From: an uncultured delta proteobacterium
GTDB taxonomy: Bacteria; Desulfobacterota; Binatia; UBA9968
NCBI GenBank assembly: GCA_963804165.1
Contig: CAWDPO010000045.1
Span: 245,643-309,642 of the forward strand
Direction: 5' to 3'
DNA length: 64,000 nucleotides
Part shown: in pieces, positions 1 to 10,664 of the stretch
Numbering within the stretch: the stretch's first letter is position 1
How the letters are laid out: every line of letters starts with the position of its first letter
Notes under the pieces: generated by a model
Seen by the model: only the letters and a program-made list of their open reading frames with translations
Told to the model about the DNA's origin: nothing
Databases searched by the model: none
Program-made: the position numbers and the translations under genes

Positions 1-3
1 CGC

Positions 4-1017
4 ATGCGATTTTACATCAACATCCTGGCGACCTACTTTCCGGATATCGATCCACCCTACAACGTCTACTACGAGCAAATTCTTGAACAGGTGGCGCTTG
101 CTGAAGAGCTGGGCTGGGAATGCTTCATGTTCAACGAGCACCATTTTCTCGGCTACGGCGGGCCGATAGCTAACCCTGCGGTGCTGCTTGCCGCGGCCGC
201 GGCGCGGACGTCGAAAATTCATCTCGGCCCGTGTATCGCAATCCTGCCGCTACGCCATCCGCTTCATAGCGCCGAGGACTACGCCATGGTCGACGCCATC
301 TCCGGTGGACGGTTAGAGTTTGGCATTGGCTCGGGCAACACTGAGATGGACTACAAGGTGTTCGGCGTCACGAGGGAAGATGACCGCCACCGTCTTCGGG
401 AGGCGATCGATGTCATCCTCAAGACTTGGGGCAACGCGCGGGTCGGCCACAAAGGCGAGTTCTGGCAATTCGATGAACTGTCACTCTACCCGCGGCCCGT
501 GCAGCAGCCCCATCCGCCGATCTGGGTGGCCGGCACGTCTGCCGAAGGTCTAGGATGGGCGGGACGCCAAGGCTATCACATCATGACCGTCGGCCATCCG
601 CACCCGCCTGAAAAAGTTCGACCGGGGGTCGAAGCTTGGCGGCAAGGTTTGATCCAAGCGGGCTACAAGCCCGAAGAAAAACATTGTCAATTTCACGCCC
701 GCACCTACGTCAACACCAACGCCGAGCGCGCTCGTGAGACCGCGTGCGCCGCCATCACTCGATATGACGAGATCTCACGGATCGGACGGCGATCCCTTAC
801 GGCGCCACCGGCGGAATATAACTGGGACATGATGCTCGCCACCGGCCGCAACAATTACGGCACTCCTGACCAGTGCATCAAGAACATTCGTAACGCCATG
901 AACAATTACTACTTCGACACGCTGACGACGACGTTTAATTTCGGCGGCATCCCCCATGCCGAGATTCTGCAATCCATGCGTCTTTTCGCCAAAGAAGTCA
1001 TGCCGGCGTTCCGCTAG
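4..1017 (+). CDS. LLM-class (luciferase-like) flavin-dependent oxidoreductase
   Basis: AEELGW..NEHHF, GRLEFGIGSG, PRPVQQPHPPIWVA, C-terminal SMRLFAKEVMPAF. Confidence 0.92.
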   Translation: MRFYINILATYFPDIDPPYNVYYEQILEQVALAEELGWECFMFNEHHFLGYGGPIANPAVLLAAAAARTSKIHLGPCIAILPLRHPLHSAEDYAMVDAISGGRLEFGIGSGNTEMDYKVFGVTREDDRHRLREAIDVILKTWGNARVGHKGEFWQFDELSLYPRPVQQPHPPIWVAGTSAEGLGWAGRQGYHIMTVGHPHPPEKVRPGVEAWRQGLIQAGYKPEEKHCQFHARTYVNTNAERARETACAAITRYDEISRIGRRSLTAPPAEYNWDMMLATGRNNYGTPDQCIKNIRNAMNNYYFDTLTTTFNFGGIPHAEILQSMRLFAKEVMPAFR

Positions 1018-1107
1018 ACGTTTATTCGCTCGGTTCGAAAAATCCCTTGTCGCCTTCAAGGTAGCTGCGTATGCCGCTGTCTCGCTAGCTCATTCCCTTC
1101 GACCCGG

Positions 1108-1650
1108 TTAAAACGGCAGCCCTCCAAGATTGAATGTCTTTGGCGCGAATTGCATTTCGGGTTTAGGCAACAACATGGCGCATTCTGGCCAAACTACTTT
1201 TCCGGTCGGCTGGTCAATCTCAACTGGACATTCGATGACTTGCCATCGGCGCTTGGTGTAGAAGCGCACCAATTCAGGTAGGCAAAGTAGAAACCCAATT
1301 TGCGCATTCATCTCGTCGACTATGAGTCGTTCGGCTTCGCGCAACGCCATGCTCGAAAACCCTTTCCGGTGGTGCTCTGGCGCCGTCATGACTGCACCTA
1401 GCCCACCTGCGAGAACGTCCTTGTCGTCAATGCTCACGATGCGTTCGATAATACGCAAATGACTCACCAGCTCTTCGCCGCTGTAAACTAGAACACGAAA
1501 CCGTACGCCTTCCTGGGCCACCCACGTGAACCGAGTTGTTAGCGGATGTAAACCGAAAAACTGACGAGACCAAGAACGGATTAAGTCACGCTCGCGTTGA
1601 GTTAATATTTCCGGCGCTGGAGAAACAACTTTTAGCGAAACATCTTCCAT
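1108..1650 (-). CDS. GNAT N-acetyltransferase, AAC(2')-I-like
   Basis: GLGAVMTAPEHHRKGFS acetyl-CoA motif A, FYTKRRW, terminal LGGLPF. Confidence 0.75.
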   Translation of the reverse strand: MEDVSLKVVSPAPEILTQRERDLIRSWSRQFFGLHPLTTRFTWVAQEGVRFRVLVYSGEELVSHLRIIERIVSIDDKDVLAGGLGAVMTAPEHHRKGFSSMALREAERLIVDEMNAQIGFLLCLPELVRFYTKRRWQVIECPVEIDQPTGKVVWPECAMLLPKPEMQFAPKTFNLGGLPF

Positions 1651-1679
1651 AACTCGTCCCCCGCTGGCTTAGGATTCTT

Positions 1680-1800
1680 TCACGTGGACTGCATCGCGTA
1701 TCGATATCGTGCGCCGTAATATGGCTCGACTTGCTGGTCGCTGTGATGCTTAAATCCGAACTCTTCGTACAAGGCTCTTACGGTCACGTGGCTCGCCGGG
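1680..1800 (-). pseudogene. Probable C-terminal remnant of a GNAT acetyltransferase
   Basis: VRALYEEFGFKHHSDQQVEPYYGARY resembles the GNAT motif-B tail (LYE.FGF); no intact N-terminus, lies between two GNAT genes. Confidence 0.4.
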
Positions 1801-1827
1801 TCGAATTGTAAGAGCCACAAACGATTC

Positions 1828-2580
1828 CTACGGAATGGCGCGCAAACGTACTGTGACGCTCGTTGCGTAGCGCGCAAAGCCCAATTTCGCGGCAATTTTC
1901 AAGGAAGGACCGTTGCTTTCGAGCGTTCGGTATTGCGGGACGAGATTTCGATCAAGCAAAACCTCGGTCAACTTGCTGACCGCAGCGCGGCCGTAGCCGC
2001 GTTGCCGGTATTGGGGATGGGTCACAATGGAGATGTGCGCAATTCTCTGACCCCATAGATCGTAACCGGCGAGCGTAACGAGCTCTTCTCCGGCGAATAT
2101 ACCGATGCTTGGGTTTCCACCGAGATCGCGTCCTCCATGTTCCCATTCCGCGGGCTCGCAAGCTGCGCGCAGCAACGACACCGCCGCAGCGTGAGCCTTG
2201 TTCAACAAGGTCGTCGTAGGCGCTTCAATCGCGCGAAACATTACACGTTCGGTGTAGCCGATGAATGCCGGCCCGATGATTCTATCAACTCGGTCTCCGA
2301 TCAAAGAGCGAAGGCGCGCGCCATCAACAACGTCTGAAGCCGGCCATGTTTGCGCTTCCAGTGCGAGAAAAGAATATAACTCACGCGGCAGCGAGATGAT
2401 TGGGGCGGTTCCGACCAATAGAATAAAGATTCCCATGAAGTCGGCGTACTGATCGGGATGCGCAACGACGACGGTGCGCTCAGCGCGCAACTGTTCGCGG
2501 GAGCAGCCCACGTCGTGGGACCAGAACTCATCTACGGTTCGAAGCGTAGCTTCCCTCAGGTTGGGGATTTCATGCGTCAT
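1828..2580 (-). CDS. GNAT N-acetyltransferase (C-terminal GNAT domain)
   Basis: ISIVTHPQYRQRGYGRAAV and N.PSLKIAAKLGF; ATG at 2580 preferred. Confidence 0.85.
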   Translation of the reverse strand: MTHEIPNLREATLRTVDEFWSHDVGCSREQLRAERTVVVAHPDQYADFMGIFILLVGTAPIISLPRELYSFLALEAQTWPASDVVDGARLRSLIGDRVDRIIGPAFIGYTERVMFRAIEAPTTTLLNKAHAAAVSLLRAACEPAEWEHGGRDLGGNPSIGIFAGEELVTLAGYDLWGQRIAHISIVTHPQYRQRGYGRAAVSKLTEVLLDRNLVPQYRTLESNGPSLKIAAKLGFARYATSVTVRLRAIP

Positions 2581-2630
2581 AGACGCTCGGGAACGACAGC
2601 TTATAATCACTGAGCGGCACGGCCAGGTTC

Positions 2631-3662
2631 CTACTTCAGGATCTCTTTCATCTTGCTCACCAACGTCGGCTCAAGCTTGAACAACTCTCTGACCTGTTTC
2701 TCGATCTCAACGCCGTCGATGGGATCGAGATCGAGCTTTGCCTTTTGCGTGTCGGCCAAAAACTCCGGGTCTTTCATCGTGTCCATAAAGGCTTTGCGCA
2801 GAAGGCGCACGCGGTCTTTGGGAGTTCCCGGCGGCAACACGTAAAAGCGATTGAGTACGCCGTTGACGCGCGCCGACGTTAGAATCAATTTCTTGGCGTC
2901 CTCACTTTTCGCCAAATCGACCGCCCAAGGAACATGGGGCACTTCGGGATGCGGTTTAAGATTCCCTTGCACCAAGAGTACGACTTCGCCTTTGTCCATC
3001 TCAGCGCGCCAAGTCGACTTGAACGACTCCCATGAATTACACGCGCCTTGAACTTCGCCGGCGTTGAATGCCAGGCGCACCGGAGCCGTGCCTTTGTAGC
3101 CGGAAACCAGTTGAAGCGGCAATCCCAGGGTAGCTCTCAACACTTTCGGAATGTCGTCGGTGCCACCGCCAGGCGCCACGCCGCCGATCTTGATTACCGT
3201 GCCGGAGGCCTTCCACTGTTCGATGCTGGTGATGCCTGTGGATTTCGCCACGCCGATCATGAAGTTGTCCTGCGCCGGCACGCCGAGAAATTCGAACTTC
3301 GGCGCGTCGAATTCGATTCCGGGAAGACCGAGCAACTGCTGAAAAGAAAGTCCGCCGATAAAGTTGCCGATCGTGAGGCCGTCCGGCTTGGCGACCTTGT
3401 AGACGTAGTTGGCCGCGAGCAAGCTCGCTGCGCCGGGCATGTTGTCGACGACCGTCGTCGGATTGCCGGGAATATGTTTGCCGATGTGGCGGGCAATCAC
3501 GCGCGAGTAGGTATCGAACCCGCCCCCCGGCGCCAGCCCGACAATGAGCCTGATGGTTTTTCCCTTGTAGAAATTTTCCTGCGCAAAAACGGACGCCGAC
3601 TGGGCGGCGATAATCAAAACGAGGCTGAACGCCAACAACAAGCAACGTGCGCTCCGAGACAT
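2631..3662 (-). CDS. TctC/Bug family tripartite tricarboxylate transporter substrate-binding protein
   Basis: Signal peptide, FYKGKTIRLIVGLAPGGGFD, NMPGAASL, KPDGLT, YKGTA; AAGGAGG RBS before ATG 3662. Confidence 0.92.
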   Translation of the reverse strand: MSRSARCLLLAFSLVLIIAAQSASVFAQENFYKGKTIRLIVGLAPGGGFDTYSRVIARHIGKHIPGNPTTVVDNMPGAASLLAANYVYKVAKPDGLTIGNFIGGLSFQQLLGLPGIEFDAPKFEFLGVPAQDNFMIGVAKSTGITSIEQWKASGTVIKIGGVAPGGGTDDIPKVLRATLGLPLQLVSGYKGTAPVRLAFNAGEVQGACNSWESFKSTWRAEMDKGEVVLLVQGNLKPHPEVPHVPWAVDLAKSEDAKKLILTSARVNGVLNRFYVLPPGTPKDRVRLLRKAFMDTMKDPEFLADTQKAKLDLDPIDGVEIEKQVRELFKLEPTLVSKMKEILK

Positions 3663-3897
3663 GGAGACCTCCTTGGTGGAAAAATGACCGCCCTCTGAGT
3701 AGCATCGGACATCGGATGCCCGTGATCTTCCCGACGTGGTCGCGATTAGAGCAATTTTCATGTGAGCAAACAACTGAAAAGTTTGACCCTCTGACGGTCA
3801 CCGCAGCAAGTTACCGAGCTGCGACAGAATAGCCTTCGACTGAAACTGCGGCGAAACTCGATCATCCCGGCCGATGATGAGAATAGAAAAATTCTAT

Positions 3898-3926
3898 TTG
3901 ACTGAAACGCGGAGGTTGCCTAATAT
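3898..3926 (+). promoter_or_regulatory. Putative sigma70 promoter
   Basis: TTGACT-N17-TAATAT directly upstream of ATG 3936. Confidence 0.45.
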
Positions 3927-3935
3927 GCCGCGCTT

Positions 3936-4826
3936 ATGGATACCCGGATTGGCGGTTTCGCCACGATTCGAAAACTTTCGAGATTTATCGAGCGACGATC
4001 CCCAAAAACACTGGTTGCCTGCGCGATCTTAACGACGGTTCTTTTGGGTATCTTCGACTTGCAGACAGGAGCCGAAGTCCATTTCTTACTCCTTTACCTG
4101 GTTCCCATTTTCATCGGCAGTTGGTTTGTTTCCCGGGAAGTCGGAGTTTATCTGGCGTTTTTTGGTTCATTGACTTGGTTCGCTGCGGATTCGCTGAGCG
4201 GCCGCTCCTACTCTTCCGTCTGGATCGCGTACTGGAATCTGCTGATGCGCACGAGCGTGTTCGTCCTGTTCGCGGTCACGCAGGCGCACCTGCGCGCAAA
4301 ACTGAATGAGCTTTCGAAGCTGGCCAGCCGCGACTTTCTCACCGGACTGCCGAACGGTCATGCCTTTTACCGCCTGGCGGCCAAAGAAATGGACCGGGCG
4401 TTTGGCCTGGAGCCGATGACTTTGGCTTGTATCGATGTCACTGGATTCCATTGGGTCAACCATCGTTTTGGCTACCCGATAGGAGATCAGATGGTTTGCA
4501 GGATTGCCCATACTATCAAACAGTACGTGCCGCGTCCCGATTTGGTCGGTCGGATGGGCGGCACCTCGTTCGCCGTATTGTTGCCTAACGTAGCTTCAGA
4601 TACCGCGAATTTTATTCTCAAAGGGGTTCACCACGCGTTGAATGAAGAGCGGCGGAAGTTTTCTCACCCGCTAACGTTCTTTATCAGCGCGATTGCCTGT
4701 ACCAAGGCGCCGCGCACGGTCGCGGAGCTATTGCACGAGGCCGATGCCCAAATGACTCGCATGAAGGGCGGCAAAAGGGATTCGCTGCAAGTAGCCAAAG
4801 TCGATGATCTGCCGATGTTAAACTGA
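3936..4826 (+). CDS. Membrane-anchored degenerate GGDEF-domain protein
   Basis: About 4 N-terminal TM helices, DFLTGLPN, GRMGGTSFAVLL in place of GGDEF. Confidence 0.85.
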   Translation: MDTRIGGFATIRKLSRFIERRSPKTLVACAILTTVLLGIFDLQTGAEVHFLLLYLVPIFIGSWFVSREVGVYLAFFGSLTWFAADSLSGRSYSSVWIAYWNLLMRTSVFVLFAVTQAHLRAKLNELSKLASRDFLTGLPNGHAFYRLAAKEMDRAFGLEPMTLACIDVTGFHWVNHRFGYPIGDQMVCRIAHTIKQYVPRPDLVGRMGGTSFAVLLPNVASDTANFILKGVHHALNEERRKFSHPLTFFISAIACTKAPRTVAELLHEADAQMTRMKGGKRDSLQVAKVDDLPMLN

Positions 4827-5265
4827 CCGTAGCGGCATTCAATCGGAGAGAAAGTGGCAGTCGGCGGTCTTGTTCGAAAGAATCATCCTGGACTCGGCAA
4901 AGGCGCGAGGCTTTTTCCCTCGTAGCACGACCGCTTGCGAATTATTACCACTCGCTGCAGCAACGCCATCCTCCGCTAGCCGCAAGATTCTCCAATCGTT
5001 TTGATGAGCGCGGTGCCTCGCAGTCTCCCTGCTCGGGCGCGATATGATTCCCTGCGAGTAACTGAAGCTGCGCCGACCTTCGTTTCTGCATTGCCGTCGG
5101 CCAATTCAGGGCTCATGCGTTGAATGCGGCCACCGCGACTTGATCGTAGCCGACGACTTCTTAGCTGTCGTTGCCCGCCCGCTCTTCGTTTTTGACCATG
5201 CGCATGGGATAATTCGCCTATCCGTAAAACGCGCCGTTACGCCGCCGCCGCGCCAAATTATCACG

Positions 5266-6577
5266 ATGCAATTTTCATTTTTTGTCGAATCGCCGCTCTG
5301 GCGTTCGTTGCACCATCGCAATTATCGGCTTTACCTTATCGGGCAACTGATTTCCGTATGCGGTACCTGGATGCAGCAGGTCGCCCAAAGCTGGCTCGTG
5401 TATCGCCTCACCGGCTCGGCCACGTTGCTCGGGCTGGTTGGCTTCGCCACGCAGATTCCCGTGTTCGCACTCGGCGCACTCGGCGGCGTCATCAGTGACC
5501 GCTACTCATCGCACCGGGTCGCCGTCTGGACCCAGAGCGCGGCGCTGCTGCAAGCGATCGTTCTCTCGGCGCTCACGCTGACGGGTTGGATTCAGCCGCT
5601 TCACATCATTCTCCTGGGTGTCATCCTGGGCGTCGTCAACGCCTTCGATATGCCCGCGCGCCAGGCGCTGGTGCACAAGCTGGTTGCCATTGATGATTTG
5701 CCGAATGCCGTGGCGCTTAATTCTTCGATGATCAACGCGGCGAATCATCGGGCCGGGCCTAGCCGGCATCGTGGTCGCCAAGCTCGGCGAAGGCGCATGC
5801 TTCCTGATCAACGCTCTCAGTTATCTGGCGGTCATCGTCGCGCTGTTAGCCATGAAACTGCCTCGTCAAACCGCCCAGCCGACCGAACATTTGTCCCTGG
5901 CGCATTCGCTGGCCGAAGGGATTCGATACACGTTTGCCACCGCGCCGATACGCGACGTTCTGCTGCTACTGGGCGTCGTCGGTGTCATGGGAATGCCTTA
6001 CATCACGCTGATGCCGGTTTTCGCGGCGGACGTGCACAAAAGCGGCGCTGACGCGCTGGGAGTGATGATGGGCGCGGTCGGCTTGGGCGCGCTGATCGGA
6101 GCGCTTTCTCTAGCCCGGCGAAAATCTGTGATCGGCCTCGGCCGTGTCATTGCGATGGCGACTTTAGGTTTTGGCGTGGCGTTGATTGCCTTTACCTTGT
6201 CGAATCTTTTTTGGCTCACGTTGTTGCTACTTACCGCTGTCGGGATGGGTTGGATGGTGTTGATCGCCGCCAGCAACACGGCGCTGCAAACCCTCGCCGA
6301 CGACGCCATGCGCGGCCGGGTAATGAGTCTGTTTTCGATGATGCTGGTCGGGATGGCGCCATTTGGCAGCCTGTTGGCAGGTTGGTTTGCCGATCAGGTC
6401 GGCGCGCCGTTGGTCGTCGCCGTGGGTGGCGTGGGTTGTGCGCTGGCGGGTCTCTTTTTTGCGCGCCAACTGCCGCGTCTACGCGAAGCCGCGCGCTCGA
6501 TATTGGTGGCGCGCGGCATCATCATCGAACCGACGACCGCGGGCGAAACCGTCGGCGTTGATCCCGCTTCAAATTAG
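5266..6577 (+). CDS. MFS transporter (EntS/DUF894-like), split by a 1-bp frameshift near 5743
   Basis: SLHHRNYRLY..GTWMQQVAQSWLVYRLTGS, AFDMPARQA, AVALNS; adding one base restores NAARIIGPGLAG and joins ORF 5771..6577. Confidence 0.88.
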
Positions 6578-6663
6578 CTTCGTCTTAATACCGTGCAACC
6601 CAATCCTCGCTGCAACCTTCGCGCACGAGCGCGCCGTTGGCGCATTCGTCGCACTCGATTCGC

Positions 6664-7659
6664 CTAGCGGTAAAGCGCATCGATGAACCCAGTTTTATCG
6701 AGTTCCCGCAAAATGCCGTCGTCGTAAAATCTCTTGGGGTCCTGGCCCTTTGCTTTCGGATTGACCTGCGCTAGCTCGTTCATCACCGAGCGAAATGCTT
6801 CCGCGCTTGGGTAGGGACGTGACTTTAAATATTTGGTCACGGCGAATTCATAAGTTTCGTCGAGCAACTCGCGATCTTTTGTGCGCAGATATTTTCCCAT
6901 CACTTCCATCGCGAACGCTTTGTCCTTTTTCACCCGCGCAATCGCTTCCAGATAAGCCCGCAAAAAGTTCATCGCGATTTCACGGCGCTGTTGCATGAAA
7001 CTTCGTCGCAACGTGATCCCGTTGGCGGCATAGGGCGTGCCGAGCGATGCGATGTCCAAGATTTCGCGAAAGCCTTCGCGGCGCGCCTGGACGATCGTCG
7101 GATAGGAAAGAATCGCCGCGTGAATGCGACCGCCGCGCAGCGCCGCAACAGCCGAGGATACCGCGCCGACCTGCACTAGCGAGACATCTTTGATCGGTTC
7201 CAGGCCGTAATGTTGAATCGCGATGCGCGCCGCCGTGTCGATGGAGGTGCCGAAGCGGCTTATGCCGATCGACTTGCCCTTTAGATCTTCCGGTTTTTGA
7301 ATGGCGGGGCCGACCACCAGACTCGTCAAAAGGCGGTCATTGATCAGCGCCATGCTGAGCACGTCGGCGCCGCCAATGGCCGCGCTCGCTGTCGTGCTGC
7401 CGGCGATGGCGAGAAACTCGATTTCGCCCGCGATCATCGCAGCCATCCCCTCGGTGCCGCTCGGAAAAGCAATGAGATCGATATCGAGTCCATACTTTTT
7501 GAATAAACCGGAATCGCGTGCCGCCCATAGCGGCGTAATGTTACCCGACAACGACGCGTATCCGGCTCTGAGCTTGCGGCCCTCCTGCGCCAATGCGTCT
7601 GCAGGTCGTAAAACAATCAGACCGAGAAAAAACAGCGCCAACCATCTAGGTGTCGTCAT
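6664..7659 (-). CDS. ABC-type substrate-binding protein, SsuA/THI5(NMT1)-like
   Basis: Signal peptide, GLFKKYGLD, DLKGKSIGISRFGTS, C-terminal NPKAKGQDPKRFYDD..GFIDALYR. Confidence 0.9.
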   Translation of the reverse strand: MTTPRWLALFFLGLIVLRPADALAQEGRKLRAGYASLSGNITPLWAARDSGLFKKYGLDIDLIAFPSGTEGMAAMIAGEIEFLAIAGSTTASAAIGGADVLSMALINDRLLTSLVVGPAIQKPEDLKGKSIGISRFGTSIDTAARIAIQHYGLEPIKDVSLVQVGAVSSAVAALRGGRIHAAILSYPTIVQARREGFREILDIASLGTPYAANGITLRRSFMQQRREIAMNFLRAYLEAIARVKKDKAFAMEVMGKYLRTKDRELLDETYEFAVTKYLKSRPYPSAEAFRSVMNELAQVNPKAKGQDPKRFYDDGILRELDKTGFIDALYR

Positions 7660-7669
7660 CACGGAATCC

Positions 7670-8680
7670 TTAGCGATAGAGCGCATCGATGAATCCGCTG
7701 CTTTGCAAATCGCGCACGAAGCGGTCGTCAAAAAATCTCTTCGGGTCCTCAGCTTTCGCTTTGGGATTTCGTGTGGCTAGCTCGTCGAGCACCGGCCTGA
7801 TGGCTTCAACAGTCGGCATCGGCACTTTCAGCAAATATTTGTTGGCATAGATATCGTAGGCTTCCGAAAGTTGCTCAGTATCGTTGGTGCGCAAAAATTT
7901 GCCCATGACGCTCACGGTAAACGACCGATCTTGCTTCATCCGCGCGATCGCCTCAACTTGCGCGGTCATGTATTTGCGCACCAACTCCGGTTCCTTGCGA
8001 ATCACCTCGCCGCGCGTCGCAATCCCGGTGGACGCATAAGGCAGGTTCAAGGCGGCGATATCGAGCAGCTCGCGAAAGCCGAGTTTTTTAGCCCGGCCAA
8101 TCGCCGGATAGGAAAGGATGCCACCCTGCACACGACCCCCGGCCATCGCCGGCACGATGGATTCCATGCCGCCGATCTGAATGATCGATACGTCTTTTTC
8201 CGGCACCAGGCCGAAGTGGCGCAGCGCGATACGCGCGCCGGTGTCGATCGTGGTGCCGAAGCGACTTATGCCGATCGACTTGCCGCGTAGTTGTTCAGCT
8301 TTTTCAATCTCCGGACGAACCATTAAATTCAATACCAACGTGCCGATCGTCGTGCCGATAACGATCACATCGGCGCCACCCACGGCAGCGCTAACGGTGG
8401 TCGCGCCGGCGATTTGCAAGAACGTGATTTCACCGGCGATGAGCGCGTTCATGCCTTCCACGCCGCTTGGCGTAGCGATGACTTCAACTTCCAAGCCGTG
8501 TTTCTTAAAGATCCCGGCTTCCCGCGCCAGCCACGGCACCGCCATCGAGCCCGACAGCGACGTGATCGCAACACGTAGCTTGCGCGGCGGCGACTCCGCG
8601 GCGTTGGAGGCCCGCGCCGCGAAAGACAGGAAAACTAGACACCCAATTAGAAATAATAATTGCTCAGTGACTCGTTTCAT
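7670..8680 (-). CDS. ABC-type substrate-binding protein, SsuA/THI5-like (close paralog of neighbour)
   Basis: GIFKKHGLE, LRGKSIGISRFGTT, same GFIDALYR terminus. Confidence 0.9.
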   Translation of the reverse strand: MKRVTEQLLFLIGCLVFLSFAARASNAAESPPRKLRVAITSLSGSMAVPWLAREAGIFKKHGLEVEVIATPSGVEGMNALIAGEITFLQIAGATTVSAAVGGADVIVIGTTIGTLVLNLMVRPEIEKAEQLRGKSIGISRFGTTIDTGARIALRHFGLVPEKDVSIIQIGGMESIVPAMAGGRVQGGILSYPAIGRAKKLGFRELLDIAALNLPYASTGIATRGEVIRKEPELVRKYMTAQVEAIARMKQDRSFTVSVMGKFLRTNDTEQLSEAYDIYANKYLLKVPMPTVEAIRPVLDELATRNPKAKAEDPKRFFDDRFVRDLQSSGFIDALYR

Positions 8681-8789
8681 CGTTTATCCTTGGCTCCATT
8701 CGACGAGCCTCGGCCAAACACACCGGGGGCGCGTTCATGACTTCAACATTGCGGGGCAAAGATTTTCAAATCCGCGAAAGGAGCTTTCT

Positions 8790-9779
8790 TTATCGTGCCG
8801 GATTCAATCCCAGCTCCTGCTGGGCGCGCCGCAGATAACTCATGTCGAGATATTTTTCCGGCGCCGGATAGGGACGGCTTTTGAACAATCTCTCGCCCAT
8901 CAAATCGATCAAGCGCTGAAAGCCCTCGCGATTCACCGACCCGTCGCGGCTGATGATGCCCTGAGAAAGATATTCCTCGACGGTGGCCCGCGTGTATTTA
9001 AGCGGTATGCCGGTGCGCTTGCTGACCAGCTCGGCCGCTTGATCCCGGTTAGCGTGTGCCCACTGCATCGCCCGCACCATCGCTTTGAGGTAACGCACCG
9101 TCAGTTGACTGTTCGCTTCGGCCCAGCGGCTGTCGACAATCAAGCTATGAAACTGCAAGTTCGGGATATAGTCGGACAGTCGCGCGACTTCCAAAAAGCC
9201 TAGCTCGCGCGAACGCGGCAGGTCGCCGCCAAGCAGCATCGTCGCGGACGTGCTGCAAGTCTTCAGGCTGGCAAGGCGTTGTCCGGTAGGTCCGTTTTGA
9301 ATGATAGTGTAGTCGCGATTGAGTTCTAGGCCTTCGGCTTTGAGCATCTCGCGCAGGAAAATCGTGCTGCCGGAAACCAGACTGACGACGCCGACCATCG
9401 TGCCCTTGAGTTCTTTGATCGATTTGTATTTGGCACAAGTCACCAGCGTGTAGGCCGCAATCGGCACCGTGCCGCCGATGATTTTGAGCGCCGCGCCCCG
9501 CTCCACCGCGTTGATTGCCGCAGACGGATCGACGATCGCCACGTTCACCTGACCGGCGATGAGCGCTTGAATCAGCGTATCGGTCGAGCCGATCAGCACG
9601 ACGTCGCCGTGAATTCCCTCTTGCGTGAAGAACCCTTTGTCCGTGGCTGCATAGTTGGGCAATTGTTCTACGGTGCGGGACACGTTGCCGATAATCACGC
9701 GATCCGCGCCGTAACCGAATGATACAAATAAACCAACCAGCAGAAAAGCCGCGCAGCACGTCGACGATTTTGTCTGCAT
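8790..9779 (-). CDS. ABC-type substrate-binding protein, SsuA/THI5-like
   Basis: Signal peptide, KGFFTQEGI, ELKGTMVGV, YLDMSYLRRA. Confidence 0.88.
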   Translation of the reverse strand: MQTKSSTCCAAFLLVGLFVSFGYGADRVIIGNVSRTVEQLPNYAATDKGFFTQEGIHGDVVLIGSTDTLIQALIAGQVNVAIVDPSAAINAVERGAALKIIGGTVPIAAYTLVTCAKYKSIKELKGTMVGVVSLVSGSTIFLREMLKAEGLELNRDYTIIQNGPTGQRLASLKTCSTSATMLLGGDLPRSRELGFLEVARLSDYIPNLQFHSLIVDSRWAEANSQLTVRYLKAMVRAMQWAHANRDQAAELVSKRTGIPLKYTRATVEEYLSQGIISRDGSVNREGFQRLIDLMGERLFKSRPYPAPEKYLDMSYLRRAQQELGLNPAR

Positions 9780-9794
9780 GTCCGTCCTTTCCCC

Positions 9795-10664
9795 TCACGC
9801 TTTCTGATAGTAGTTAGCATAATAGTAGTCCGCAATCTCAGCTCCCGTCGCTTTCCATACCCCATCGTGCGCGCAAATATATTCAAGCGCTTTGTCGAGG
9901 TATTTGATGCGGAACGCCAAGCCGATCACAAACGGATGCAGCGGTATCGTCATGACTCGACCCTGGGCGGCGCCCTCGGCATACAGCGTATCGAATTGGT
10001 CGCATACCATCTGGAGCCAATCCTTGGGCGTGTGGCCGCCCTGGAAAATTACCCGGATGTCGTTGAGGCCTTGCTGGTACGGAATCGCGACCATGCGACC
10101 TGATTTTACGCGCATCGCACAAGGTTGATCGTCGAAGCCCCAATCACAAACGTAATCGAAACCCTCCGCCGCCAGATGGTCCAACGTGTGCGGACTCTCG
10201 TCGCCGCCGCCGGGGCCGAGCCAACCACGCGGCGCTTTGCCGGTCGCCGCCGCGATGGTTTCGCGTATTTGCCGAACGACCGAACGCTCCTCCTCGGCCG
10301 GATATTGAGTCATCCGGATATTATTGGTCACGCCGTGGCCGAGCCACTCCCATTTTCGTTTATTGCCTTCCTCGATGATCGCCGGATGATGCGCGCACAC
10401 ATCGGCATTCAATAAAACCGTGGCCCGGATACCATGCTTTTCCAATACATCCATCATGCGAAACACGCCGATGCGCGAGCCGTAGTCACGCAGCGCATAG
10501 CCGGTCACGTCCGGCAACAGCGCATGGGCCGCGCCGGGAATGACTTTGTCAATGTGAAAGAACTCGATATTTGGGGCAACCATCAGGGCAACGCGCGCGC
10601 CGCCGTGCCATTTGAACGGTTTTCGTCTAGTGATCGGGGAATATTCGTAACGGTCGGTTTCCAT
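9795..10664 (-). CDS. Polysaccharide deacetylase family (PuuE-like) hydrolase
   Basis: RDYGSRIGVFR, EWLGHG, PRGWLGPG, DWGFDDQP, IPLHPFVIG. Confidence 0.88.
   Translation of the reverse strand: METDRYEYSPITRRKPFKWHGGARVALMVAPNIEFFHIDKVIPGAAHALLPDVTGYALRDYGSRIGVFRMMDVLEKHGIRATVLLNADVCAHHPAIIEEGNKRKWEWLGHGVTNNIRMTQYPAEEERSVVRQIRETIAAATGKAPRGWLGPGGGDESPHTLDHLAAEGFDYVCDWGFDDQPCAMRVKSGRMVAIPYQQGLNDIRVIFQGGHTPKDWLQMVCDQFDTLYAEGAAQGRVMTIPLHPFVIGLAFRIKYLDKALEYICAHDGVWKATGAEIADYYYANYYQKA

Noticed and set aside
1018-2630. Integron cassette array for the GNAT genes
   Set aside because: No convincing RYYYAAC..GTTRRRY attC sites and no integrase
8181-9203. Long antisense ORFs (also 42340..43281, 56794..57651, 62158..62964)
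   Set aside because: Shadow ORFs opposite well-supported genes in GC-rich DNA
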